Assembly: GCF_000172995.2 (NCBI RefSeq)
Contig: NC_014729.1
Span: 1,050,001-1,082,000, forward strand
DNA length: 32,000 bases
Source of the DNA: Halogeometricum borinquense DSM 11551
Lineage (GTDB): Archaea > Halobacteriota > Halobacteria > Halobacteriales > Haloferacaceae
Direction of reading: 5' to 3'
The notes beneath the pieces were generated by a model. It did no database searches, was not told where the DNA came from, and worked only from the letters and a program-made list of their open reading frames with translations. The position numbers and the translations under genes are program-made. Positions 8,072-17,047 of this stretch are shown in pieces (the first letter of the stretch is position 1; the number at the start of each line of letters is the position of its first letter).

Positions 8072-9475
8072 ATGCCGCGTCTCCTCCACTATTCGGATAT
8101 TGAGAACGTCTACGATGACCCCGAACGCACCGGATGCCTGTCTGGGTGCGTGCAGTCTCTCTCCGGCGACGACGCCCTCATCTGCGGCACTGGCGACACC
8201 ACCTCACCGGGCGTTCTCGCTCTCGTCGAACGCGGACGGCAGTCGCTCGATTTCTTCCGCGCCGTCGATGCTGACCTCGACACGTTCGGCAATCACGACT
8301 TCGATTACGGCCCCGAGGCGACGCGCGGTGTCGTCGCCGACTCGCCGCAGACGTGGGTCTCCGCGAACGTCTACGACGATAACGGCGACCGATTCGCACC
8401 CACCCACGTCGTGCCGTACACTGTCCGCGAGGTAAACGGCGCACGCGTCGGATTCACCGGCGTGACCGATCCCGCGACGCCGTCGCTGAACCCGATGGCG
8501 GGGGAACTCACGTTCACCGACCCGTACGCGGCGGCCGAGGAAGCCATCGATCACCTGCGAGACGAAGGCGTCGATTACGTCGTCATTCTCTCGCATCTCG
8601 GCGGCGGCGACGACGAACTCGCAGCACGTGTTGACGCCGACGTGATTCTCGGCGGGCACGTCCACTCCGAGCGCCACGAGTACGTTGAGGAGACGCTTCT
8701 GCTCCGTCCCGGCGCGAACGGCCACGTCGTCTTCGAGGTGGAGTTGAGCGACGAGGAGGGTGCGGACAGCAGGACAAAAACGAGAGCCACGGCGACGCGC
8801 CACGAAACGGCGGACGCCCCCGTAGACGAAGCGTTGGCCGAGATGCTTCGCGGCCGCGTCGAGGCCGCCGAGTTGAACGATGTCGTCGCCACCGTCAACG
8901 ACCCGCTGGACCGAACGGAAGAGACGGTTTTCGGCGGCGAGTGCGCTATCGGTAACTTCGTCGCCGACGCCTACCGGTGGTCGATGGAGACCGACGTTGG
9001 CCTGCAAAACAGCGGCGGAATCCGTAACGGGCCGCCGCTGTCGGGCGAGGTAACCATCGCGGACCTCGTGAGCGTCATCCCGTTCGAAGAGCACGTCGTC
9101 GTCGCCGAACTGACCGGTGAGGAACTCACCGCCGTCTTCCGCGAGTGCGCCGCCGCGACGGTGGACTTCGGCGAACCCCACTGGTGGCAGGGTCATCTCA
9201 GCGGGGTCGAACTCGTCTGGGACGACGACCGAGAAGCGGTGGTGTCGGCACGTGTCGGCGGAGAACCGGTTGCACCCGATTCGACGTACACCGTTGCAAC
9301 TTCCGACTACGTCCTCCACACGGACCACGAGTTCCCCACCATCGAAGCGCACCACCGTGCGGCCGAGGGCGACATCCAGTACGAAGTGCTGGCCGACTAC
9401 GCCCGCGAGGTTGGAATCACAAGCGAGACGGACGGCCGGATTCAGCGTCTCTCGGAGACGGCCGCGGACGACTGA
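8072..9475 (+). CDS. Bifunctional metallophosphatase / 5'-nucleotidase family protein
   Basis: N-terminal calcineurin-like motifs (HYSDIEN, GDTTSPG, GNHDFD, LSHLG, GGHVH) plus a C-terminal 5'-nucleotidase substrate domain. No signal peptide seen. Confidence 0.9.
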   Translation: MPRLLHYSDIENVYDDPERTGCLSGCVQSLSGDDALICGTGDTTSPGVLALVERGRQSLDFFRAVDADLDTFGNHDFDYGPEATRGVVADSPQTWVSANVYDDNGDRFAPTHVVPYTVREVNGARVGFTGVTDPATPSLNPMAGELTFTDPYAAAEEAIDHLRDEGVDYVVILSHLGGGDDELAARVDADVILGGHVHSERHEYVEETLLLRPGANGHVVFEVELSDEEGADSRTKTRATATRHETADAPVDEALAEMLRGRVEAAELNDVVATVNDPLDRTEETVFGGECAIGNFVADAYRWSMETDVGLQNSGGIRNGPPLSGEVTIADLVSVIPFEEHVVVAELTGEELTAVFRECAAATVDFGEPHWWQGHLSGVELVWDDDREAVVSARVGGEPVAPDSTYTVATSDYVLHTDHEFPTIEAHHRAAEGDIQYEVLADYAREVGITSETDGRIQRLSETAADD

Positions 9476-9486
9476 GTACCGACTGT

Positions 9487-9551
9487 CGGAACGGGAGAAA
9501 CGAAACAGGACGGAACGGGAGAAACAAGACAGGACGGAGTGAGACGACGAC
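9487..9551. repeat. Purine-rich 24-nt tandem repeat (2 good copies plus a degenerate third)
   Basis: CGGAACGGGAGAAACGAAACAGGA (9487-9510) / CGGAACGGGAGAAACAAGACAGGA (9511-9534) / CGGAGTGAGACGACGAC... It lies between the 5'-nucleotidase stop and the usp start. Confidence 0.8.
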
Positions 9552-9630
9552 TAGTTTGAGACAATCACCGTCCGGCCGAGAGCGTGTCGTGCCGAAGGGG
9601 AAACGTTCAGGGCGGCGGGAATCCTCTGCC

Positions 9631-10056
9631 ATGACGATGACGCGAGTGGTGGTCCCCGTCAGGTATCCGCTGACGAAACACTCGAAAGCGACGCTCTCGG
9701 AGGCTATCCGCATCGCAACGGAGCGTGAGGCGGAACTTACGGTTCTGCATGTGGATTTGTACCAAGACAACCGCAGAGTGACGAGAGCGGAGTTGAAACG
9801 CGCGGTCGAGCGCGAGTTCGGCGCGCTGGATCGGACTCGATACGTCATTCGGCGCGGGTTCCTCGTGGAGGAAACCATCCTAGAGGAGGCGGCAGCAGAG
9901 GGGGCGGATATCGTGGTCATCGGGTCGAAACAGGCGAGTCGCTGGCGGCGGATGCTCCGACGCTTCCTTGACGATCCGGACATCGAGACGTATCTTCGGC
10001 AGAAACTCGACTGCACCGTTATCACCGTCCGAGCGGATCAGCAGCCGGAAGTCTGA
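9631..10056 (+). CDS. Universal stress protein (UspA family)
   Basis: MTMTRVVVPVRYPL...ELTVLHV...GADIVVIGS shows UspA fold hallmarks. ATG 9631 lies inside the over-extended 9145..10056 ORF. Confidence 0.88.
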   Translation: MTMTRVVVPVRYPLTKHSKATLSEAIRIATEREAELTVLHVDLYQDNRRVTRAELKRAVEREFGALDRTRYVIRRGFLVEETILEEAAAEGADIVVIGSKQASRWRRMLRRFLDDPDIETYLRQKLDCTVITVRADQQPEV

Positions 10057-10113
10057 ATCCAAGTCGAGGCTGAATCCAAGTCGAGGCTGAATCCAAGTCG
10101 AGGCTGAATCCAA
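10055..10113. repeat. Perfect 17-nt tandem repeat, 3 full copies plus 8 nt
   Basis: GAATCCAAGTCGAGGCT at 10055-10071, 10072-10088 and 10089-10105, then GAATCCAA. It starts inside the usp stop codon and fills most of the convergent usp/mscS gap. Confidence 0.95.
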
Positions 10114-10133
10114 TCTGACACCGGGTCCCTGCG

Positions 10134-11231
10134 TTACTGTTCTTCTTCACTGCGACGTGAGCTGTCCACTCGTGCCCCCGCTTCGGTCCACGACTCGTCG
10201 CGTCCATCCGTGACTGCCGCGCGGAGCGACCCGCTGGTGTCGTCGAAGACATGGTGTTGATGCGGATACGCCGCTTCGACGGCGGGTTCGTCTTCGAGGA
10301 GTTCGGAGAAGTTCGTCTGTACTTCCGAACGAACGGTGAGGAGTTTGTACGGTTTCTTCGCCCAGTATCGAAGTGTGATGAGAATGCCGCTGTCGGCGTA
10401 CTCGTCTATGTACGCCGTCGGCCTCGCCGGATAACGCGCGCTTCCGATACGGATGTCCGGCCCGCCCTCGATAACCATATCCGAGTCGCTTGCGGCCCGT
10501 TCGAGTAACTCCCGCGCTTTCGGGATATCGGATTCGTACGTGGCAAGGAAGCCGAGACTGAGTCGGAGACGCTCGTCCTCCGCGGAGAAATTCGTCACGA
10601 GTCGGTTACGGATTGTGGAGTTGGGGATGACGAGGAACGTGTTGTCCAGCGTGAACATCTTCGTATAGCGGATGGTTATCTCGTCAACGAACCCTCTGCG
10701 TCCGTCGTCGAGTTCGATCATGTCCCCGACTTCGTACGGTTGGTCTGCGAGGATGAACAGCCCGTTGATGATGCTCCCGACGATGGGCGCGAGAACGATA
10801 CCGACGACGGCGGAGAACACCCCCACAGAAATGGCGACATCCCCGAATCGTAACCCCGCGACGACTCCAGCCATCAGAACGGCGATGAGGAAGACACCGA
10901 GTCGGACGATGCGGAGCATCACCTGCGCGACGCTCTGTCGGCGGAAGCGACGGGCAACTGGTCGCCCGACGAGGCGGACGACGTAGCCCGAGAGGACGTA
11001 GCCGAGGATGACGATCACCGTGGCGGCGATGTACTCCGCACCGGGGAAAAACAGGAAGTCCGGAAGCAACGCGCGAGCGGCCTGTACTCCTTCGGTCGGT
11101 GTCGGCGGCGGCGTTGCAGTGCTGGCACCTCCACTACTCGCACCGGTAGTCGTCGCAGTCCCAACAGTACTGCCCCCGGCCGCAGTCTCCGTTCCGGCGG
11201 ACGGTCCCGCCGTCCCTGTCCCCGTCTGCAT
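10134..11231 (-). CDS. Mechanosensitive ion channel (MscS family) protein
   Basis: TM3 and beta-domain signature ...[65 protein letters not shown] at 11231 is preferred over the TTG at 11285. The N-terminus is a Thr/Gly/Ala-rich low-complexity tract. Confidence 0.9.
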   Translation of the reverse strand: MQTGTGTAGPSAGTETAAGGSTVGTATTTGASSGGASTATPPPTPTEGVQAARALLPDFLFFPGAEYIAATVIVILGYVLSGYVVRLVGRPVARRFRRQSVAQVMLRIVRLGVFLIAVLMAGVVAGLRFGDVAISVGVFSAVVGIVLAPIVGSIINGLFILADQPYEVGDMIELDDGRRGFVDEITIRYTKMFTLDNTFLVIPNSTIRNRLVTNFSAEDERLRLSLGFLATYESDIPKARELLERAASDSDMVIEGGPDIRIGSARYPARPTAYIDEYADSGILITLRYWAKKPYKLLTVRSEVQTNFSELLEDEPAVEAAYPHQHHVFDDTSGSLRAAVTDGRDESWTEAGARVDSSRRSEEEQ

Positions 11232-11366
11232 ACGCCGGACCACGGAAGGGGTGGTGAAAAGGGTTGTAGCTTCGCGGACAGACAAACCCTACCCGAGAAC
11301 TGGACGATTCCAGAGATGTCACGGACGTTTGTCCGTGATATACCACCGCTTTCTGAAAACCGGTGC

Positions 11367-11382
11367 TACTCAGTTTATAGTA
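11367..11382 (+). promoter_or_regulatory. TACT-N8-AGTA palindrome overlapping the TATA box of the trmB-family gene (candidate auto-operator)
   Basis: TACTCAGTTTATAGTA read directly. The embedded TTTATAG (11374-11380) lies about 39 nt upstream of ATG 11416. The half-sites resemble published TrmB sites (TACT...AGTA type). Confidence 0.35.
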
Positions 11383-11415
11383 AACACCAAGGGGTTCGGG
11401 TTCGATCGAGGATGT

Positions 11416-12477
11416 ATGGCAGACGAACTCCGGACCACGATGGAGAGCGTCGGGGACCGATTCAACCTCGGCGAGTACGAGATAGATGCGTATCTCGCGG
11501 TGCTCGAACACGGCGAACTCACCGCTTCGGAGATAGCCGACCGAACGGACATTCCGCAACCGCGGGTGTACGACACCGTGCGGAGCCTCTCCGACCGCGG
11601 GCTTGTCGAACTCCGCGAGTCGCGGCCGATGAAGATTGTCGCCGTGGACCCGGACGACGCGTTCGCGAACGTGCAGACGTCGCTCGATGATCTCATCTCC
11701 GAGCTGGAAGCGCGCTACACCGCTCCCGCCCGCGACACCGAGGCCGTTTCGCTCGTCAAGTCGCGCTCGACCATCCTCCGCTACGTCGAGGAGATTATCG
11801 AAGACGCAGAGTACGAACTCGTCCTCTCGCTTACCCCCGACCTCCTCCGCCGCTTCCGCGATGACCTCGCGGCGAAGATTGATGATGGCGTGAGCATCGA
11901 CCTCCTCATCACGCCCGCCTCCCGCGCGCCTGATCCGGCGGAGTTCGATTATCTCGAAGTCGCCACCATCGCCCGTGCCCGCCGCGGTATCACGACCCCC
12001 GTCCTCGCCGTCGCCGACGGGGAATATTCGGTCTACGCCACACAGGACGCCCTCCGCGACGACAGAGACCGCTACGGTGTCATCTTCAACCGCTCCGCGC
12101 TCGGCTTCCTCGTCAGCGGGTTCTTCGGCACCGTCCTCTGGACGACGGCCGAGACGCTGGCGGCCGACGGCAAGCGCCGTCCGTTCCCCCGTCGCTACGC
12201 CTCGATCCGCCGCGCCGTGAAGGATATCCGCGAAATCGACGGCGAGTTCTACGCCTCCGTCTCCGGTCGCCACGTCGAGTCGGGCGACCCGACCGTCGTC
12301 GAAGGCCGCGTCGTCACGACGACGTTCGAGGAGAGCGAGGAAGTCGCCTCCTTCGAGATGGAAACCGAAGAAGGAATCCTCGAAGTCGGTGGCCTCGTCT
12401 CCGCGTTAGAGGACGTTGAGGCCCAAGAGATCATTCTCGGCCGCGACGACATACCGAACAGAAAGCAGTTCCTGTAG
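11416..12477 (+). CDS. TrmB-family transcriptional regulator (wHTH plus C-terminal sugar/effector domain)
   Basis: [49 protein letters not shown] is the TrmB N-terminal winged helix, and the ~350-aa length fits. ATG at 11416 lies inside the over-extended ORF. Confidence 0.9.
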   Translation: MADELRTTMESVGDRFNLGEYEIDAYLAVLEHGELTASEIADRTDIPQPRVYDTVRSLSDRGLVELRESRPMKIVAVDPDDAFANVQTSLDDLISELEARYTAPARDTEAVSLVKSRSTILRYVEEIIEDAEYELVLSLTPDLLRRFRDDLAAKIDDGVSIDLLITPASRAPDPAEFDYLEVATIARARRGITTPVLAVADGEYSVYATQDALRDDRDRYGVIFNRSALGFLVSGFFGTVLWTTAETLAADGKRRPFPRRYASIRRAVKDIREIDGEFYASVSGRHVESGDPTVVEGRVVTTTFEESEEVASFEMETEEGILEVGGLVSALEDVEAQEIILGRDDIPNRKQFL

Positions 12478-12551
12478 TCCGATAGCTACGTTCGCTACGC
12501 TTCTCGCTTTTCACTCGCGTCGCTCTCTACTTGCGCTCGTCGGGTTGCTCT

Positions 12552-13370
12552 TTATTTGCGCTCGTCGGCCTCGTCGTACACGTAGAGTATCTCGCCGCAG
12601 TCTGTACACGCCAGCACCTCGTTTTCGGGTGTGTCGAACGAACCGACCGTTCCGGACCCACAACAGTCGGATGCTGTCGTCGTCTCCGCTGTCGGACCGC
12701 CGCAGCGCGGACAGACCTCCAAGAACATCCGGAGCGCCGTCGTCGCGGGCGCACGGGCTGATTCGGGCACGTCGAAGTCGGCCAACGTCCTGACTGCCGC
12801 GGCATCGGCAATGGCGTGTGCGCGAGACAGCCAGATGGACTGTCCGTTTCCCTCGACGGTGATGCCGTCGAATCGGGTGCCGCCCGCTGCCTCGAACGGG
12901 GCTGCCGCAGCGACCGCCGCCGCCACGCCGTCGTCGTCCCGGTCGCGGAGCGTCGCTATCTCCGCTTCCCACGCCGACCAGAATGCGTCCGACAGAAACA
13001 ACGCGCCGTCTGCATCCTCTCTGATGACGCCTCTCTCGAACAGGGTGAACAGCACGTCTTCGCCGCGTGTCTCCGCGCTCAACTCGTCAGACCGGCGTTC
13101 CTCACCCTCGTCGTGTGCATACTCAAATAGAGACGAGAGACCGAGTCGGGCAACGAGTTTCGGCGCGAACTCGGGCGTTCCGGGGACGACGTATCCCCGG
13201 AGATAGACGAGTGCCGCGCCACCGATTGCGACGACGAGCGCAACCGGAACCGAGAGGACGGCGATGGCTGCCGTGATGACGAGCAGAAGCACGACGTTGA
13301 CGACCGTACAGGGCCAACACCGTCTTTCGCCAGTGTATTCCGGTCGCCGGATCGGGCCGGTGAATGCCAT
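12552..13370 (-). CDS. Hypothetical membrane protein with N-terminal CxxC and C-terminal zinc-ribbon
   Basis: RRCWPC is followed by two hydrophobic helices and an acidic soluble domain. The C-terminus reads CPRCGG...CC...CTDCGE. Confidence 0.7.
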   Translation of the reverse strand: MAFTGPIRRPEYTGERRCWPCTVVNVVLLLVITAAIAVLSVPVALVVAIGGAALVYLRGYVVPGTPEFAPKLVARLGLSSLFEYAHDEGEERRSDELSAETRGEDVLFTLFERGVIREDADGALFLSDAFWSAWEAEIATLRDRDDDGVAAAVAAAAPFEAAGGTRFDGITVEGNGQSIWLSRAHAIADAAAVRTLADFDVPESARAPATTALRMFLEVCPRCGGPTAETTTASDCCGSGTVGSFDTPENEVLACTDCGEILYVYDEADERK

Positions 13371-13451
13371 ACAGTACCAAATGGAGAGCCGGACTTATGG
13401 GTTTCTCGCCGTTCGGCGTCTGATCTCCGGGTATAGATGCTAACCGGCCAA

Positions 13452-14555
13452 TCAGTCGTTCGACGAGGTGCCAGCGGTGGGGGGTGAGACCGTTGCCAGC
13501 GAGACTGCGCTTTCGCTCTCGGAGGAGCGGTAAATAGCATCGATGACGCGTTGAACCTGTAACCCCTCTGCAACAGTGTTCATCTTGGGTTGTTCGCCCG
13601 TCCGGACGGCCTCCAAGAACAGTTTCTGTTCGGATTTGTGGGTGTCGTTGGCCTGTGTCTCGACGGCCGTCTCTGTGAGGTGGTTGCTGCCGCCGATGCC
13701 GGACTCGTAGAACGTCAAGTCGTGGCTACCCCGGTCAAACAGCGCTCCCGCGTCGGTACCGGTGATGTAGAACTCGTCGTTGGTTGGGCGGTTCGTCGCC
13801 CATGCGACTTCGAGCGAGATGGTTTTCCCGTCGGCACAGCGGATGAACGCCGAGGCAGAGTCGTCAACGTCGAACCCCTCGGGTCCGGTGTCTTCGCCCC
13901 ACATCTCGACGTACGCGTAGTCGTCGCGGTTGCCGAACTCCGAGCGCGTGACAGCTGAGACTTCCTCGACCGCGGGGAAGTCGAGGAAGTACAACGCGAG
14001 GTCGATAGCGTGGACGCCGATATCGATAACGGACCCGCCGCCAGCCACGTCTTTCGAGGTGAACCACGACCCGCGGCCGGGGATGCCGCGACGACGGACG
14101 TAGTTCGCTTCGACGTGCTTCATCTCGCCGAAGCGACCCTCGGCTTGGTAGTTTTTCAGCACCTTGACGGGGTTACCGAAACGGTTGTTGAACCCGACCA
14201 TACAGATTCCCTCGGCGTCTGCTGCGGCCGCGGCGATTCGCTCGGCGGATTCGAGAGAGTGAGCGAGCGGTTTCTCTAGAAGGACGTCGAGTCCTGCCTC
14301 GAGTGCTGCGACGGCGTACTCCTCGTGGAAGCGGTTCGGCGTCGTGATGATGACGGCATCGACGGTGTCGAAGAGAGCGTCTTTCTCTTCGAAGGTCTCG
14401 ACGTCGTACTCCTCGGTGAATCGCTTTCGTGCCTCTGGCTGGATATCGAGGCCACCGGTGAGTGTCGCGTCGAGTTCGACAATCCTGTCAGCGTGATAGT
14501 GGCCGATGTTTCCGAGGCCGACAATTCCGATTTGGATGGGCGTCCCGGTACTCAT
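13452..14555 (-). CDS. Gfo/Idh/MocA family NAD(P)-dependent oxidoreductase
   Basis: IGIVGLGNIGHYHA Rossmann start, the EKPLA motif, and a C-terminal alpha/beta domain. Last gene of the sugar-uptake cluster. Confidence 0.92.
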   Translation of the reverse strand: MSTGTPIQIGIVGLGNIGHYHADRIVELDATLTGGLDIQPEARKRFTEEYDVETFEEKDALFDTVDAVIITTPNRFHEEYAVAALEAGLDVLLEKPLAHSLESAERIAAAAADAEGICMVGFNNRFGNPVKVLKNYQAEGRFGEMKHVEANYVRRRGIPGRGSWFTSKDVAGGGSVIDIGVHAIDLALYFLDFPAVEEVSAVTRSEFGNRDDYAYVEMWGEDTGPEGFDVDDSASAFIRCADGKTISLEVAWATNRPTNDEFYITGTDAGALFDRGSHDLTFYESGIGGSNHLTETAVETQANDTHKSEQKLFLEAVRTGEQPKMNTVAEGLQVQRVIDAIYRSSESESAVSLATVSPPTAGTSSND

Positions 14556-14627
14556 ATGTCTGTGATTTACTATCGCGGTTGTTAAGTCACTCGTTGCGGC
14601 TTGGATCTCCGTTTTGTTACTGTCTCG

Positions 14628-14831
14628 TCAGTATAGCTGTCGTTCGCGTTCCTCGCGTTCTTCTTCTTTTTCTTTCTGTTCTTTCAACCGACGACGCCCG
14701 CGGATGTACTGTCGCGTCTTTGGAATGATGGTGTTCTTCAGATCGAGAACGAACGACACGATGCCGTACACCCAAAAGAAGAACAAAACCAGCATCCCGC
14801 CGAGGTACATCCACCCGAGTTCGGTGACCAT
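14628..14831 (-). CDS. Small (67 aa) single-TM protein with Lys/Glu-rich tail
   Basis: MVTELGWMYLGGMLVLFFFWVYGIVSFVLDL followed by ...RRRLKEQKEKEEEREERERQLY. Codon third positions are GC-rich in the TM part. Same strand as, and sandwiched within, the operon. Confidence 0.5.
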   Translation of the reverse strand: MVTELGWMYLGGMLVLFFFWVYGIVSFVLDLKNTIIPKTRQYIRGRRRLKEQKEKEEEREERERQLY

Positions 14832-14888
14832 GGATACTAGGTAGTGTGGACGGCATGAATGCTCGGTGCAGCAACGGGCAGCGTTGAA

Positions 14889-16079
14889 CTAGTCATCGCT
14901 CTCCGCTGGCGTGCTACTATCTGTACTGGCCGCCGCAGTTGCCGTGAGGCCATGCAGGAGAGCCTCACCAGTCTCCGTGTCGAACAGGTGGACTTTGGTC
15001 CTGTCCAAGACGACCGATACCTCCTTGTCCTCTGCGATATCGGAGTCGGGATCGACGCTCATGAGCAACTGGTCGGACATCGCACCGCGCGCCTCCTCGT
15101 CGAGACTTACTGTGGCATCCTCGCTGAGGAGGAGGTAGACGAATATCTCGTCGCCCATCGGTTCGAGGACATCCGTGATGACCTCGACCTGTTTCGTCGG
15201 GTTGGCGAGCGACGACGCGTCGTCGAGGGTGTACACGTCCTCCGGACGGATACCAAGTGTCACGTCGTCGCCGACGCTGGCACTGATGGTCTCGGGGTCG
15301 AAATCGACCTCTATTCGGTCGCCGACGAACCCCATCTCGGTCAACTTCCCATCGGCGAAGTTCATCGCCGGACTGCCGATGAACCCTGCGACGAACAGGT
15401 TTGCCGGTTCGTTGTAGCACGTAAGCGGCGGGTCTATCTGCTGGAGTTGTCCCGAGTCGATGACGGCGATGCGGTCGGACATCGTCATCGCCTCCGCCTG
15501 ATCGTGCGTGACGTAGATGATGGTTGTATCCAGTTCCTTGTGGAGACGCTGGAGTTCCGTCCGCATGTGGACGCGCAACTTGGCGTCGAGGTTCGCCAGC
15601 GGTTCGTCCATCAGGAACACATCGGGGTTCCGGACGATGGCGCGGGCGATAGCGACGCGTTGCCGCTGGCCGCCGGACATCTCGTCGGGCATCCGGTCGA
15701 GCATACCCTCCAACTGGACGATGTCGGAGGCGCGCTCGACGCGCCGGTCTATCTCCTCTTTGTCGTATTTCCGGAGACGGAGGCCGAACGAGATGTTGTC
15801 GTACACGTCCATGTGCGGGAACAGCGCGATGTTCTGGAACACCATCGCTACCCCTCGGTCTTTCGGCGGCAGGTTCGTCACCTCACGTCCGCCGATGAAC
15901 ACCTCTCCCTCCGTGGGCATCGTGAGTCCGGCAATCATCTCCATCGTCGTCGACTTGCCGCACCCCGACGGGCCGACGAGACAGACGAACTCGCCGTCGT
16001 TGATTTCGAGGTTCATGTTGTCTACGGCCGTTACGTCCTCGTATCGCTTCGTTACGTCTTCGAGTGTTACTTCTCCCAT
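14889..16079 (-). CDS. Sugar ABC transporter ATP-binding protein (MalK/UgpC type)
   Basis: Walker A GPSGCGKST, signature MSGGQRQRVAIARA, Walker B VFLMDEPLANLD, and a C-terminal TOBE-like regulatory domain. Confidence 0.95.
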   Translation of the reverse strand: MGEVTLEDVTKRYEDVTAVDNMNLEINDGEFVCLVGPSGCGKSTTMEMIAGLTMPTEGEVFIGGREVTNLPPKDRGVAMVFQNIALFPHMDVYDNISFGLRLRKYDKEEIDRRVERASDIVQLEGMLDRMPDEMSGGQRQRVAIARAIVRNPDVFLMDEPLANLDAKLRVHMRTELQRLHKELDTTIIYVTHDQAEAMTMSDRIAVIDSGQLQQIDPPLTCYNEPANLFVAGFIGSPAMNFADGKLTEMGFVGDRIEVDFDPETISASVGDDVTLGIRPEDVYTLDDASSLANPTKQVEVITDVLEPMGDEIFVYLLLSEDATVSLDEEARGAMSDQLLMSVDPDSDIAEDKEVSVVLDRTKVHLFDTETGEALLHGLTATAAASTDSSTPAESDD

Positions 16080-16083
16080 TGTC

Positions 16084-17046
16084 TTACTCCTTGAGTGCGC
16101 CTGCAGTGAGTCCGCTCACGATGCGTTCCTGGGCGATAATGACGAGAATCGCGACGGGAAGGACCCCGACGATGCTCGCCGCCGCCATGAGGTTGTACGG
16201 GGTGTCGAACTGCCCTTGATACTTGAGAATACCCGCGACGATAGGTGCCCACGAGGACGCCTCGCCGTTGTTCATCAAGAAGGAGAAGAAGAACTCGTTG
16301 TAGACGCTGATGAACGTCAGCACGCCCGCTGTCGCCACGCCGGGTGCCGAAAGCGGGATGATGACCCGAAACAGCGCGCCGAGTCGAGTTGTTCCCTCGA
16401 CGCGCGCCGCATCCTCCAACCCGTCGGGAATCTGCCCGTAGAAGGTTGTGAGGATGAATATCGACAGCGGCATGAACAGCGCGCTGAACGGGAACACCAT
16501 CGGCGCCGGCGTGTTGAACAGGTCCGGCGACGAGACGGTGATCGGTCCGAGCACGATGTCTGTCCCGCCCGTGAACAACTCGAACAGGGGCAGGAAGAAC
16601 GCCGCTGGCGGGAAGTACGAGATAGCGAGGATGCCGAGCATGAGTGCCGTCCGGCCGGGGAACCGGAGACGACCGAACACGTAGCCTGCAAGACTCGCCA
16701 ACAGCAGGACGATGACGGTCGTCGCTATCCCCAGCACGAAACTGTTGAACATGAACAGGTGGAACGGTACCCGCTCGAACATGGTGATGAACACCTCGGG
16801 ATTGAACCCCTTCGGCAACAGTCCCATGTCCCTGATGAGTCGATTCGGCGTCAGTGCCAGCACTAACAGCCAGTAGAACGGGAACAGCGTGGTGACGAGG
16901 AAGAACAGCGTCGCTACGTAGAACATCGCTCTGTACGCACGCTTGGGGTTCTTGATGACCGTACTTACCCAGCGCTCAAGCGGCCCCTTTCGTATCTCCG
17001 CGTCACCGCCTTCCTCGAACACGCCGCCTTGGTCTTGTGTCGCCAT
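16084..17046 (-). CDS. Carbohydrate ABC transporter permease (MalG-like)
   Basis: EAA loop ...DGLEDAARVEGTTRLGALFRVIIPLSAPG. Either ATG 17046 (1-nt gap to the upstream stop) or ATG 17067 (20-nt overlap) could be the start. Confidence 0.9.
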   Translation of the reverse strand: MATQDQGGVFEEGGDAEIRKGPLERWVSTVIKNPKRAYRAMFYVATLFFLVTTLFPFYWLLVLALTPNRLIRDMGLLPKGFNPEVFITMFERVPFHLFMFNSFVLGIATTVIVLLLASLAGYVFGRLRFPGRTALMLGILAISYFPPAAFFLPLFELFTGGTDIVLGPITVSSPDLFNTPAPMVFPFSALFMPLSIFILTTFYGQIPDGLEDAARVEGTTRLGALFRVIIPLSAPGVATAGVLTFISVYNEFFFSFLMNNGEASSWAPIVAGILKYQGQFDTPYNLMAAASIVGVLPVAILVIIAQERIVSGLTAGALKE

Positions 17047-17047
17047 C

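Noticed and set aside
11008-11415. N-terminal extensions of real genes in the ORF track: 11008 for the trmB-family gene, 9145 for usp, 2955 for hisD, 693 for the flavoprotein, 2966 for EEP, 29118 for panB and 25836 for hsp20.
   Set aside because: The extensions are non-acidic, overlap divergent genes or promoters, and often begin at TTG/GTG. Internal ATGs preceded by TATA-like boxes give canonical N-termini.
13431-13439. Shared 9-mer ATGCTAACC/GGTTAGCAT between the promoter region at about 13431-13439 and the hsp20 leader (25791-25799).
   Set aside because: A single 9-mer coincidence is expected at an appreciable rate in 64 kb of two-strand sequence, and there is no supporting context.
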